A stretch of 64,000 nucleotides of DNA from Bacilli bacterium (GTDB taxonomy: Bacteria > Bacillota_I > Bacilli_A > RF39 > UBA660). How positions within the stretch are numbered: the stretch's first letter is position 1; each line of letters opens with the position of its first letter. Below are positions 1 to 7,855 of this stretch, in pieces. The DNA lies in the NCBI GenBank assembly GCA_017553685.1, contig JAFZKH010000002.1:44141-108140 (forward strand), read 5' to 3'. Both the position numbers and the translations under genes were made by a program. The notes beneath the pieces are model-generated. The model made no database searches and was not told the DNA's origin. It saw only the letters and a list, made by a program, of their open reading frames with translations.

Positions 1-1374
1 TTAGTTAAAGAATATGGATTTACTTTTGAACAAGCTGATGCAATAGTTAAATTACAATTATATAGATTAACTAATACTGATGTTGCTATATTAAAAGAAG
101 AACTAGAAAAATTAAAAGCATTTATAGAAGAATTAGAAGCACTTCTTTCTGATGAAAAGAAGTTAATGAAACAAATTAAGAAGGAATTAACTGAAGTTAA
201 GAAAGAATATGCTGTTGAAAGAAAAACCGAAATAGTAGATGAAATAACAGAAATTAAGATAGACCAAGATGCATTAATTGTTAAAGAAGATGTAATGGTT
301 GTAGTAACTAAAGAAGGTTATGTAAAGAGAACTTCTTTAAGAAGTTATTCTGCTTCTGAAGGCGAAGACCTTGCATTAAAAGAAAATGATTATGTAATTG
401 GTATGTATGAAATGAATACTAAAGATACATTACTTGTATTTACTGATCTTGGTAATTTCTTATCAATACCTGTTCATATGCTTCCAGATTTAAAATGGAA
501 AGAAATGGGTAAACATATTAGTAATGTTATTACTATTAAAGATGAAGAAAAAGTTATTACATCTATGCCAATATATGATTTTGAAAAGAAAGAATATATT
601 ACATTATTCTCTAAGAATGGTATGACTAAGAGAACTAACCTAATAGATTACAAAGTACTAAGTAGAAGACCAGTACAATGTATGAAATTAAAGGGTGATG
701 ATAAAGTTGTTAGTGTTATCAAGAAAAATGAAAACAATGTATTTGTATGTACATCTGATAACTATGGACTTATTTATCATTTAAATGAAATACCTGTAGT
801 AGGATTAAAAGCTTCTGGTGTTAAATCTATTAAACTAGGTAAAGATAAAGTAGTATCTGCAGAAATATATGATGATGCAGAATACATAACTCTGTTTACA
901 GACTCGTCCGCTAAGAGGATTAAACTAGAAGAACTTGAAGTAAGTGCTAGGGCAAGGAGAGGATCTCTTCTAATAAGATTAATTAAGACAAATCCTCAAA
1001 ATGTAATTAAAGCATTTATTACAGATACTAAAGATAAGTTTGGTGTTCTAAATATTAAAGAAATATTTGAACTTAAGAATAGTGAAATAAAACTTGCAGA
1101 TAGACATGCTGCTGCAGGAACTATTTCAAAACAAAGAATTCAAGATATATTTAGAATTGCTGAAATAGAAAAAGATACAAAATCTATTCCAAAAGAAATA
1201 GAAGAATTAGAAGAAGATACAATTGAAGAATTAGAATTATTTACTGAAGAAGAAGCACCTAAAGTTGAAGTAGTAAAACCTAAAAAAGAGGCTCCAAAGA
1301 AGGAAGTTTCACTTCAAGAAATAGATGATGAAATTTTAACAATTGACGATTTTCTTAACGACTTTAAGATTTAG
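1..1374 (+). CDS. DNA topoisomerase IV / gyrase subunit A, C-terminal portion (5' partial; C-terminal beta-pinwheel domain plus acidic/Lys-rich tail)
   Basis: Frame 1 is open from base 1 and joins the listed 166..1374 ORF. The repeated motif 'VVxTKEGYVKRTSL...' is typical of GyrA/ParC C-terminal-domain blades, and the tail is acidic and KE-rich. Confidence 0.7.
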   Translation, partial: LVKEYGFTFEQADAIVKLQLYRLTNTDVAILKEELEKLKAFIEELEALLSDEKKLMKQIKKELTEVKKEYAVERKTEIVDEITEIKIDQDALIVKEDVMVVVTKEGYVKRTSLRSYSASEGEDLALKENDYVIGMYEMNTKDTLLVFTDLGNFLSIPVHMLPDLKWKEMGKHISNVITIKDEEKVITSMPIYDFEKKEYITLFSKNGMTKRTNLIDYKVLSRRPVQCMKLKGDDKVVSVIKKNENNVFVCTSDNYGLIYHLNEIPVVGLKASGVKSIKLGKDKVVSAEIYDDAEYITLFTDSSAKRIKLEELEVSARARRGSLLIRLIKTNPQNVIKAFITDTKDKFGVLNIKEIFELKNSEIKLADRHAAAGTISKQRIQDIFRIAEIEKDTKSIPKEIEELEEDTIEELELFTEEEAPKVEVVKPKKEAPKKEVSLQEIDDEILTIDDFLNDFKI

Positions 1375-1435
1375 ACATCTTGAAAAAAAGTCAAAAATAT
1401 GCTATAATATTTTTTAGTAAAGGAGAAAAGAAAAT

Positions 1436-1993
1436 ATGTGGTGGATTATTGCAATCGTTGCAGTTGTAGTACTATTAGTACTATGGTTTATTGGAGTAGC
1501 AAATAAGCTAGTTAGAAAGAAAGCTGAAGTTGATAATGCTTTTGCAGATATCGATGTATATCTAACTAAGAGATTTGATTTAATTCCAAATTTAGTTAAC
1601 ACTATTAAGGGTTATACTAAACATGAAAAGGAAACTTTTGAAGCTGTTGTTGAAGCTAGAAACAAAGGTTTAGGAGCTCAAACTATTAATGAAAAGGTTG
1701 AAGCTGATGAACAAATGAGTTCTGCTTTAGGAAGATTATTAGCTATTTCAGAAAGTTATCCTGAATTAAAAGCTGATACAAGCTTTATTAAATTACAAGA
1801 ATCATTAAATGAAATTGAAACTGAATTAGTAGGAGCTAGAAGATACTTCAATGCTACTGTTAAAGCTTATAACATTCTAATTCATACAATTCCAAGTAAT
1901 ATTGTTGCTGGTATCTTAGGATATAAGGATATTAAATTGTATGAAGCTTCTGAAGAACAAAGAAAGAATGTTACTGTAGATTTTTCAGAATAA
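1436..1993 (+). CDS. LemA family protein
   Basis: N-terminal TM helix, then FADIDVYLTKRFDLIPNLV...EARNK, a typical LemA signature. It sits directly before a DUF2207 gene, the usual pairing. Confidence 0.8.
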   Translation: MWWIIAIVAVVVLLVLWFIGVANKLVRKKAEVDNAFADIDVYLTKRFDLIPNLVNTIKGYTKHEKETFEAVVEARNKGLGAQTINEKVEADEQMSSALGRLLAISESYPELKADTSFIKLQESLNEIETELVGARRYFNATVKAYNILIHTIPSNIVAGILGYKDIKLYEASEEQRKNVTVDFSE

Positions 1994-2009
1994 TAGAAAG
2001 GAAAATGAT

Positions 2010-3785
2010 ATGAAAAAGAAATTAATATTTGTTTTTATATCATTTTTTCTTTTGGTATTTCCATTTAGCGTAAATGCTACAACTGATGGTTTTACCATTA
2101 CAAAATATGATGTAAAAATAATAGTAAATGAAAATAATACCTTAGATGTTACAGAAACTATTACAGCAGTTTTTGATCAATATGGAAAACATGGTATTAA
2201 AAGAGCTTTACCTACACATTCTACTTATAGAAGAAAAGTTGATGGTAGAGAAGTAGATATTAAACAAAAAGTTAAATATAAAAATATATCTATTAATGAA
2301 GACTATACAACAGAAACTGGTGACGGATATAAAACATTAAAGATTGGTAAATCATATAAGACATTAGATATTAATCAACCATATACATATATCATTAAGT
2401 ATACTTATGATACTGGTGATGATATGATTGATGAGTATGATGATTTATACTTCAATCTTATTGGTACTGAATGGACTGCTAAAATAGAAGAAGCAACATT
2501 TACTATAGTTATGCCTAAAGAATTTGCGACTAGTAATGAAAAAGGTTCTTTAATAAACTTTTCTACTGGTTATTATGGAAATGCTTATAATAAAGGTGTT
2601 AATTATAAAGTAGATGGAAAAATGATTACTGGTTTTATAGAAGAAAAATATGATGGGGTAGCACTTAATGAAAGAGAAGGTTTAACTGTTAGAATTGAAC
2701 TTCCTAATGGTTACTTTGTTGGTGCTAGAAAACATTATGATTTAACTCCTGTAATATTAGTAGGAACTATTCTAATACTTATTCTTATGATGCTAGGTGG
2801 ACTTGCATTATTTGTGAAATTTGGTCTTAGAAAGAAGAAAACAATGGTTGTTAGATATACTGCTCCTGATGGAGTAGATCCAGCATTAGCAGGTTTCTTA
2901 TATAAAGGTATTCCTGAATCAAATGATATAGTTGCATTAATAACTTATTTAGCTACTAAAGGTTATCTAAAGATAATTGATGATAAGGGTAGTAAATTTA
3001 AATTACAATTCTTAAAACCATTAGATGAAAGTGAACCAAACTATATTAAAACTACATTTAAAGGATTATTTAAGAAAGCAGATGAAGATGGTATAGTAAC
3101 TAAGAAAGATTTAACAAATAAATTCTATACATCACTTAATACTGCATTATCACAACTAGGTAAAACATATATTATTTATGCTAAGAGTCATGATAGAGTT
3201 ATAGCTTATAATATATTTATGGCTATCATATCATTCTGTTTTATATTAATACCTGTATCTGATGCATTATCATATAAAGTACATACTGTTTATGCTCCTT
3301 TATATGCTATATTCTGGGTATTAATACCAACAAATATAATACTTCAATTAGTATTAAGTATATGTACTAGAAAAAGAACTGATGAAGCAGAAAAGCTATA
3401 TGCTGATGTAGCAGGATATAGAGAATTTATAGATAAAGTAGATGTTAATAAGATTAATACTTTAGTAGAAGAAGATCCTCAATTATTCTATAATGTTTTA
3501 CCATATGCATATGTATTTGGTTTAACTAATAAATGGATTAAGAAGTTTGAATCTATTAAATTAGAACCTCCAACTTGGTATGAAGGTAATATTTATGATA
3601 TTCATACTGGAGCATTTAGACTTCAAAGTTTAACTTCAGGATTAGATTCTATTACTGCATCTGCTAAAACAACAATGTCTAGTAGACCATACGAATCATC
3701 AGGTGGATCTGGTGGCTTCGGTGGAGGCGGAGGCGGTGGCTTCTCCGGTGGAGGAGGAGGCGGCGGCGGTGGCTCAAGCTGGTAA
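2010..3785 (+). CDS. DUF2207 domain membrane protein with Gly-rich C-terminal tail
   Basis: Signal peptide, two TM segments, and a C-terminal GGSGGFGGGGGG tail, as in DUF2207 proteins found next to lemA. Confidence 0.7.
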   Translation: MKKKLIFVFISFFLLVFPFSVNATTDGFTITKYDVKIIVNENNTLDVTETITAVFDQYGKHGIKRALPTHSTYRRKVDGREVDIKQKVKYKNISINEDYTTETGDGYKTLKIGKSYKTLDINQPYTYIIKYTYDTGDDMIDEYDDLYFNLIGTEWTAKIEEATFTIVMPKEFATSNEKGSLINFSTGYYGNAYNKGVNYKVDGKMITGFIEEKYDGVALNEREGLTVRIELPNGYFVGARKHYDLTPVILVGTILILILMMLGGLALFVKFGLRKKKTMVVRYTAPDGVDPALAGFLYKGIPESNDIVALITYLATKGYLKIIDDKGSKFKLQFLKPLDESEPNYIKTTFKGLFKKADEDGIVTKKDLTNKFYTSLNTALSQLGKTYIIYAKSHDRVIAYNIFMAIISFCFILIPVSDALSYKVHTVYAPLYAIFWVLIPTNIILQLVLSICTRKRTDEAEKLYADVAGYREFIDKVDVNKINTLVEEDPQLFYNVLPYAYVFGLTNKWIKKFESIKLEPPTWYEGNIYDIHTGAFRLQSLTSGLDSITASAKTTMSSRPYESSGGSGGFGGGGGGGFSGGGGGGGGGSSW

Positions 3786-4056
3786 TACCTCTAAATTAAT
3801 AAAAGAAATAGATAATACATATGAAGTAATTAGATTTAAAGAACTTAGTAAAGTTATTAAATCTAATAAAGAATATATGACTTTAATAGATAAATTAAAT
3901 AGTACTGATAACATTAACGATGTAATTGCTATCAGAAAAGAGTTATTTAAGTACGGTGATATTAAAGAATATATTGAATTAGAGAAACAAATAAGATTAT
4001 TCTCTATGAGGCTTAGTAAAGAATTATCTAGTATAGTAGAAAAGCATACTTGTTAA
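3769..4056 (+). CDS. YlbF/YmcA-like (UPF0342) small regulatory protein
   Basis: About 95 aa and helical. The xEIDNTYEVIRFKEL...KEYxELEK pattern resembles the Com_YlbF family. The listed ATG at 3703 lies inside the Gly-rich tail of the upstream gene. GTG at 3769 follows the GGAGGAGGAGG stretch, which could act as the SD. The start is uncertain. Confidence 0.4.
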   Translation: MAQAGNTSKLIKEIDNTYEVIRFKELSKVIKSNKEYMTLIDKLNSTDNINDVIAIRKELFKYGDIKEYIELEKQIRLFSMRLSKELSSIVEKHTC

Positions 4057-4095
4057 AGTATGCTTTTTTTACTATAATTATTTTAGGTGAATTAA

Positions 4096-4635
4096 ATGAG
4101 AGTTATTAGTGGATTATTAAAAGGAAGAAATATAGAAGGCTTTGATATAGAAGGAACTAGACCTACAATGGATAGAGTTAAAGAATCTATATTTTCAACT
4201 ATTCAGTTTAGTATTAGAGATTCTATAGTTTTAGATTTATTTTCTGGTTCTGGTAACCTTGGTATAGAAGCAATTAGTAATGGTGCTAGTAAATGTTATT
4301 TTGTAGATAATAATAGAGTAGCTATTAATACTATTAATAAAAATATTAAGACATTTAATATAGAAGAAAATTCTATAATTATTAAAGATGATTATATGAA
4401 TGCTCTTAACAATTTAAAGAATACTAAGTTTGATATAGTATTCTTAGATCCTCCATATAAAGATAATTATATTGATAAAGCAATTACTAAATTATTAGAA
4501 TATAATATGCTTAATCCTAAAGCATTAATTATATGTGAATATGATAGAGATATTAATCATGAATATGATTCTTTAGAAGAACTAAAAACTAAGAAATATG
4601 GAGATAAATTCGTAACAATTTTCAAAAAAATTTAA
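4096..4635 (+). CDS. rsmD: 16S rRNA (guanine966-N2)-methyltransferase RsmD
   Basis: LDLFSGSGNLGIEAISNGA and the DPPY motif of an N6-adenine/N2-guanine MTase; about 180 aa. Confidence 0.85.
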   Translation: MRVISGLLKGRNIEGFDIEGTRPTMDRVKESIFSTIQFSIRDSIVLDLFSGSGNLGIEAISNGASKCYFVDNNRVAINTINKNIKTFNIEENSIIIKDDYMNALNNLKNTKFDIVFLDPPYKDNYIDKAITKLLEYNMLNPKALIICEYDRDINHEYDSLEELKTKKYGDKFVTIFKKI

Positions 4636-4655
4636 TAGTGTTATAATCTAAATGT

Positions 4656-4730
4656 TGCCCCATAGCCAAGTGGTAAGGCTCCGGACTCTGACTCCGGCAC
4701 GCGTAAGTTCGAATCTTACTGGGGCAGCCA
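4656..4730 (+). tRNA. tRNA-Gln (anticodon CUG)
   Basis: Cloverleaf is complete: the acceptor stem TGCCCCA pairs with TGGGGCA, the D-arm is AGCCAAGTGGTAAGGC, the anticodon stem is CCGGA/TCCGG around loop CTCTGAC, the T-arm is GTAAG-TTCGAAT-CTTAC, and CCA is encoded. It closely matches bacterial tRNA-Gln. Confidence 0.85.
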
Positions 4731-4740
4731 TTTTTATGTG

Positions 4741-4769
4741 TTGATTTTAACATGCTAAAGTGTTATAAT
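4741..4769 (+). promoter_or_regulatory. sigma-A type promoter (TTGATT-N17-TGtTATAAT) upstream of the glycan locus
   Basis: -35 TTGATT, a 17-nt spacer, and an extended -10 TGTTATAAT. Confidence 0.5.
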
Positions 4770-4826
4770 GATTTTACGATATAAGAGAATAAAAAGTAAT
4801 AATTATATAGAAATAGGAGCTTTATT

Positions 4827-5495
4827 ATGGCAACAAATAAAAAAGAAAAAATAGATTATGTTGAAAAAAATAGAAAGAAATATTTTTATAGATTTGTTAA
4901 AAGATCATTTGATATTTTCTGTTCTATACTAGGAATGTTATTAGTACTACCAGTAGCATTAGTTACTAAGATTTGTTATTTATGTACTAAAGATACTAAA
5001 TCAATCTTTTATAAACAAAAAAGAATTGGTAAGTATGGAAAAATTATATATATTTATAAGTTTAGAAGTATGGTTTATAATGCTGATGAAGTATTAAAAG
5101 AATTATTAAAAGATCCAAAATATAAAAAAGAATGGGATAAGAATCAAAAGATTAATGATGATCCGAGAATTACTAAGATAGGTGGATTCCTTAGAAAGAC
5201 TTCTTTAGATGAATTACCACAATTCATTAATGTATTTATAGGAGATATGTCTTTAATAGGACCAAGACCTTTAGTAGAAGGAGAATTAGATGCTCATCAT
5301 GGAGATCATAAATTATATGAATCTGTTAGACCAGGTATATCTGGTTGGTGGGCTGCTAATGGAAGAAGTGCAACAGATTATGTTGAAAGACTAGAACTAG
5401 AAAACTATTATTGCAAAAATTGTAGTATCTGGTTAGATATTAAATGTATATTTAGAACAATAAAAGCAGTAATATTTAGAAGTGGAGCAAAATAG
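4827..5495 (+). CDS. Priming sugar-phosphate transferase (bacterial sugar transferase family, WbaP/CpsE C-terminal type)
   Basis: One TM helix, then KFRSM...DELPQF...GDMSLIGPRP, the PF02397 signature. Confidence 0.85.
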   Translation: MATNKKEKIDYVEKNRKKYFYRFVKRSFDIFCSILGMLLVLPVALVTKICYLCTKDTKSIFYKQKRIGKYGKIIYIYKFRSMVYNADEVLKELLKDPKYKKEWDKNQKINDDPRITKIGGFLRKTSLDELPQFINVFIGDMSLIGPRPLVEGELDAHHGDHKLYESVRPGISGWWAANGRSATDYVERLELENYYCKNCSIWLDIKCIFRTIKAVIFRSGAK

Positions 5496-5518
5496 ACTTA
5501 AATAGTCTATTTTTTTTT
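5493..5518 (+). terminator. Rho-independent terminator overlapping the stop codon
   Basis: TAGACTTAAATAGTCTA hairpin followed by T9. Confidence 0.5.
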
Positions 5519-5652
5519 ATATAAAAATATTGTGATATAAACAAATGTATGCTACGATTAAATTGTATTAATTATTCTAGCATGCGTTAATATGACAATT
5601 TGCGCGCGTACCGTTTATTTACTAAAGCTAGATAGTAAATTTGCATGACCGC

Positions 5653-5700
5653 GGGGAACACTTTCTATTAATAGATACGGGAGGTGTTTCCCGTTTTTTT
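5653..5700 (+). terminator. Intrinsic terminator/attenuator hairpin within a GC-rich leader
   Basis: GGGAACAC...GTGTTTCCC stem followed by TTTTTTTTGTTTTTT. Confidence 0.55.
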
Positions 5701-5778
5701 TGTTTTTTAGGAGGTGATTTTATACATAGGTTAGCAAATATAATTAATACAAATATTATTCATTTATAGGAGGTTTAT

Positions 5779-6717
5779 ATGGAAAATGAAATAATTATTT
5801 TTGAAAATCAAAATATTAAATTAGAAGTTAATATGAAGGATGAGACTGTGTGGTTATCTTTAGATCAAATGTCACAATTATTTGGAAGAGATAAGTCTGT
5901 TATTTCTAGGCATATTAAGAATGCATTAGACGAGGAACTTAATAAATCAGTTATTGCAAAATTTGCAACAACTGCAGGAGATGGTAAAACATATCAAGTT
6001 GAATATTATAACTTAGATATGATTATATCTGTTGGTTATAGGGTAAAATCTAAAGAAGGTATAGTATTTAGAAGATGGGCTACTAGTGTATTAAAAGACT
6101 ATATGCTTAAGGGATATGCTGCTAATGAACAAAGACTAAAGTATTTAGAGAAGACAGTTCAGTTAATTGATATAGCAGGAAGAATAGAAGAAGAGCTTCA
6201 TGGAACTGAGGCACAAGATATTATTAAAGTGATTAATAATTATTCTAATGCTTTAAATCTATTAGATGATTATGATCATAGATCATTATCTAAACCTAAA
6301 GGAACAGTATCAGATGATATGATTACATACGATAATTGTTTAAATGTAATAGGATTACTTAGATTTAATAATGATAGTGATATATTTGCATTAGAAAGAA
6401 ATAAGGGATTAAAGTCTATTATTGCTAATATTTATCAAACATTTGGTGGTAAAGATGTTTATCCGACAATTGAAGAAAAGGCTGCTAATTTCTTATATCT
6501 AATTATTAAGAATCATACATTTATAGATGGTAATAAAAGAATAGCTGCTACATTATTTATTTACTTTTTAGAGTATTATAATATTCTTTACAAGAATGAA
6601 AAAAGAGTATTAGATAATAATACTTTAGTAGCTTTAACTCTTTTAATAGCAGAGTCTAATCCTAAAGAAAAAAGTATATTAATTGATTTGGTAATGAACT
6701 TTTTAATAGACAAGTAA
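5779..6717 (+). CDS. RhuM-family N-terminal domain fused to a Fic/DOC (death-on-curing) domain
   Basis: The N-terminal half matches the RhuM virulence-protein family (VGYRVKSKEGIVFRRWATSVLKDY). The C-terminal half carries the Fic/Doc core (HTFIDGNKRIAATLFIYFL). Confidence 0.75.
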   Translation: MENEIIIFENQNIKLEVNMKDETVWLSLDQMSQLFGRDKSVISRHIKNALDEELNKSVIAKFATTAGDGKTYQVEYYNLDMIISVGYRVKSKEGIVFRRWATSVLKDYMLKGYAANEQRLKYLEKTVQLIDIAGRIEEELHGTEAQDIIKVINNYSNALNLLDDYDHRSLSKPKGTVSDDMITYDNCLNVIGLLRFNNDSDIFALERNKGLKSIIANIYQTFGGKDVYPTIEEKAANFLYLIIKNHTFIDGNKRIAATLFIYFLEYYNILYKNEKRVLDNNTLVALTLLIAESNPKEKSILIDLVMNFLIDK

Positions 6718-6746
6718 TTGTCTATTTTTCTTTTCTTTAGTATAAT
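6718..6746 (+). promoter_or_regulatory. Promoter TTGTCT-N17-TATAAT
   Basis: Consensus-like hexamers with 17-nt spacing upstream of galE. Confidence 0.45.
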
Positions 6747-6767
6747 TAAATTAGTATAGGAGGATAA

Positions 6768-7775
6768 ATGAAGAATATACTTGTAACTGGTGGAACTGGA
6801 TATATTGGTTCTCATACAGTAGTTGAATTATTAGAAAATGGAGATAATGTAATAATAGTAGATAATTTATCTAATAGTAAAATAGAGGTAATAGATGCTA
6901 TTAAGAAGATAACTGGTAAAGAAGTTAAATTTTATAATATTAATTATTTAGATAGAAAAGAATTAGAAAAAGTATTTGAGGAAAATGAAATAGATTCTGT
7001 TATTAATTTTGCAGGATATAAAGCAGTAGGAGAATCTACTAAGAAACCATTAGAATATTATGAAAATAATGTTTCTGGTGCAATAGTACTTTTAGAAACT
7101 ATGCAAAAGTATAATGTTAAAAAGTTTGTATTTAGTAGTAGTGCTACTATATATGGAGAACAATCTGTTCCAAAATATGTAGAAACTATGAATAGAGGTA
7201 TACCATCTAGTCCATATGGTATGACTAAAGTTATGATAGAACAAATCTTAGAAGATTTATATAAAGCAGATAATGAATGGAGTATATCTGTTCTTAGATA
7301 CTTTAATCCAGTAGGAGCTCATCCTAGTATGTTAATAGGAGAAGATCCAGAAGGAATACCAAATAATTTAATGCCATATATTCAAAGAGTAGCAGCAGGT
7401 AAATTACCAGAATTAACTATATTTGGTAATGATTATCCAACACCTGATGGTACTTGTTTAAGAGATTATTTACATGTAGTAGATTTAGCTAAAGGACATT
7501 TAAAAGCATTAGAAAATTTAAATAAAAAAGGATCTGGTATATATATTCATAATCTTGGAACAGGTAATCCAAAGAGTGTACTTGAAATGGTTAATACATT
7601 TAAAAGTGTTAATGGTATAGATGTACCATATAAGTTTGGCCCAAGAAGAGATGGAGATCTACCAGAATTCTATGCAGATCCATCTAAAGCAGAAAAAGAA
7701 CTAGGTTGGAAAGCAGAAAAGACTTTAGAAGATATGTGTAGAGATTCATGGAATTATCAAAAGAATAAAATGTAA
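6768..7775 (+). CDS. galE: UDP-glucose 4-epimerase
   Basis: GGTGYIGSH Rossmann motif, YxxxK, and YFNPVGAHPS...GEDP, typical of GalE. Confidence 0.9.
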   Translation: MKNILVTGGTGYIGSHTVVELLENGDNVIIVDNLSNSKIEVIDAIKKITGKEVKFYNINYLDRKELEKVFEENEIDSVINFAGYKAVGESTKKPLEYYENNVSGAIVLLETMQKYNVKKFVFSSSATIYGEQSVPKYVETMNRGIPSSPYGMTKVMIEQILEDLYKADNEWSISVLRYFNPVGAHPSMLIGEDPEGIPNNLMPYIQRVAAGKLPELTIFGNDYPTPDGTCLRDYLHVVDLAKGHLKALENLNKKGSGIYIHNLGTGNPKSVLEMVNTFKSVNGIDVPYKFGPRRDGDLPEFYADPSKAEKELGWKAEKTLEDMCRDSWNYQKNKM

Positions 7776-7803
7776 AAGATATGTCTTATGACATATCTTT
7801 TGT
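7776..7803 (+). terminator. Rho-independent terminator
   Basis: Perfect 10-bp stem AAGATATGTC/GACATATCTT with loop TTAT, followed by a T-rich run. Confidence 0.6.
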
Positions 7804-7855
7804 ATTTTACTTTTTATTATAAAAATACTATAATATTATAAAGAGGAATGAGTTA

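Noticed and set aside
1414-1602. Minus-strand 62-aa ORF overlapping the lemA start
   Set aside because: Low-complexity antisense ORF inside a well-supported + strand gene and its promoter region. No SD.
3703-3785. Short-period G-rich repeat that might look like a CRISPR or tandem-repeat array
   Set aside because: It is a GGN codon run encoding a poly-Gly tail. There are no spacer/repeat alternations, and no CRISPR-like direct repeats occur anywhere in the window.
5779-6717. Interpreting the Fic/Doc gene as a classical type II toxin-antitoxin toxin
   Set aside because: No small antitoxin ORF (Phd/YefM-like) is present upstream or downstream. The RhuM fusion and the operon context argue for a different role.
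6588-6815. Minus-strand 75-aa ORF spanning the fic/galE junction
   Set aside because: Antisense to two confident genes. Typical AT-rich spurious ORF.
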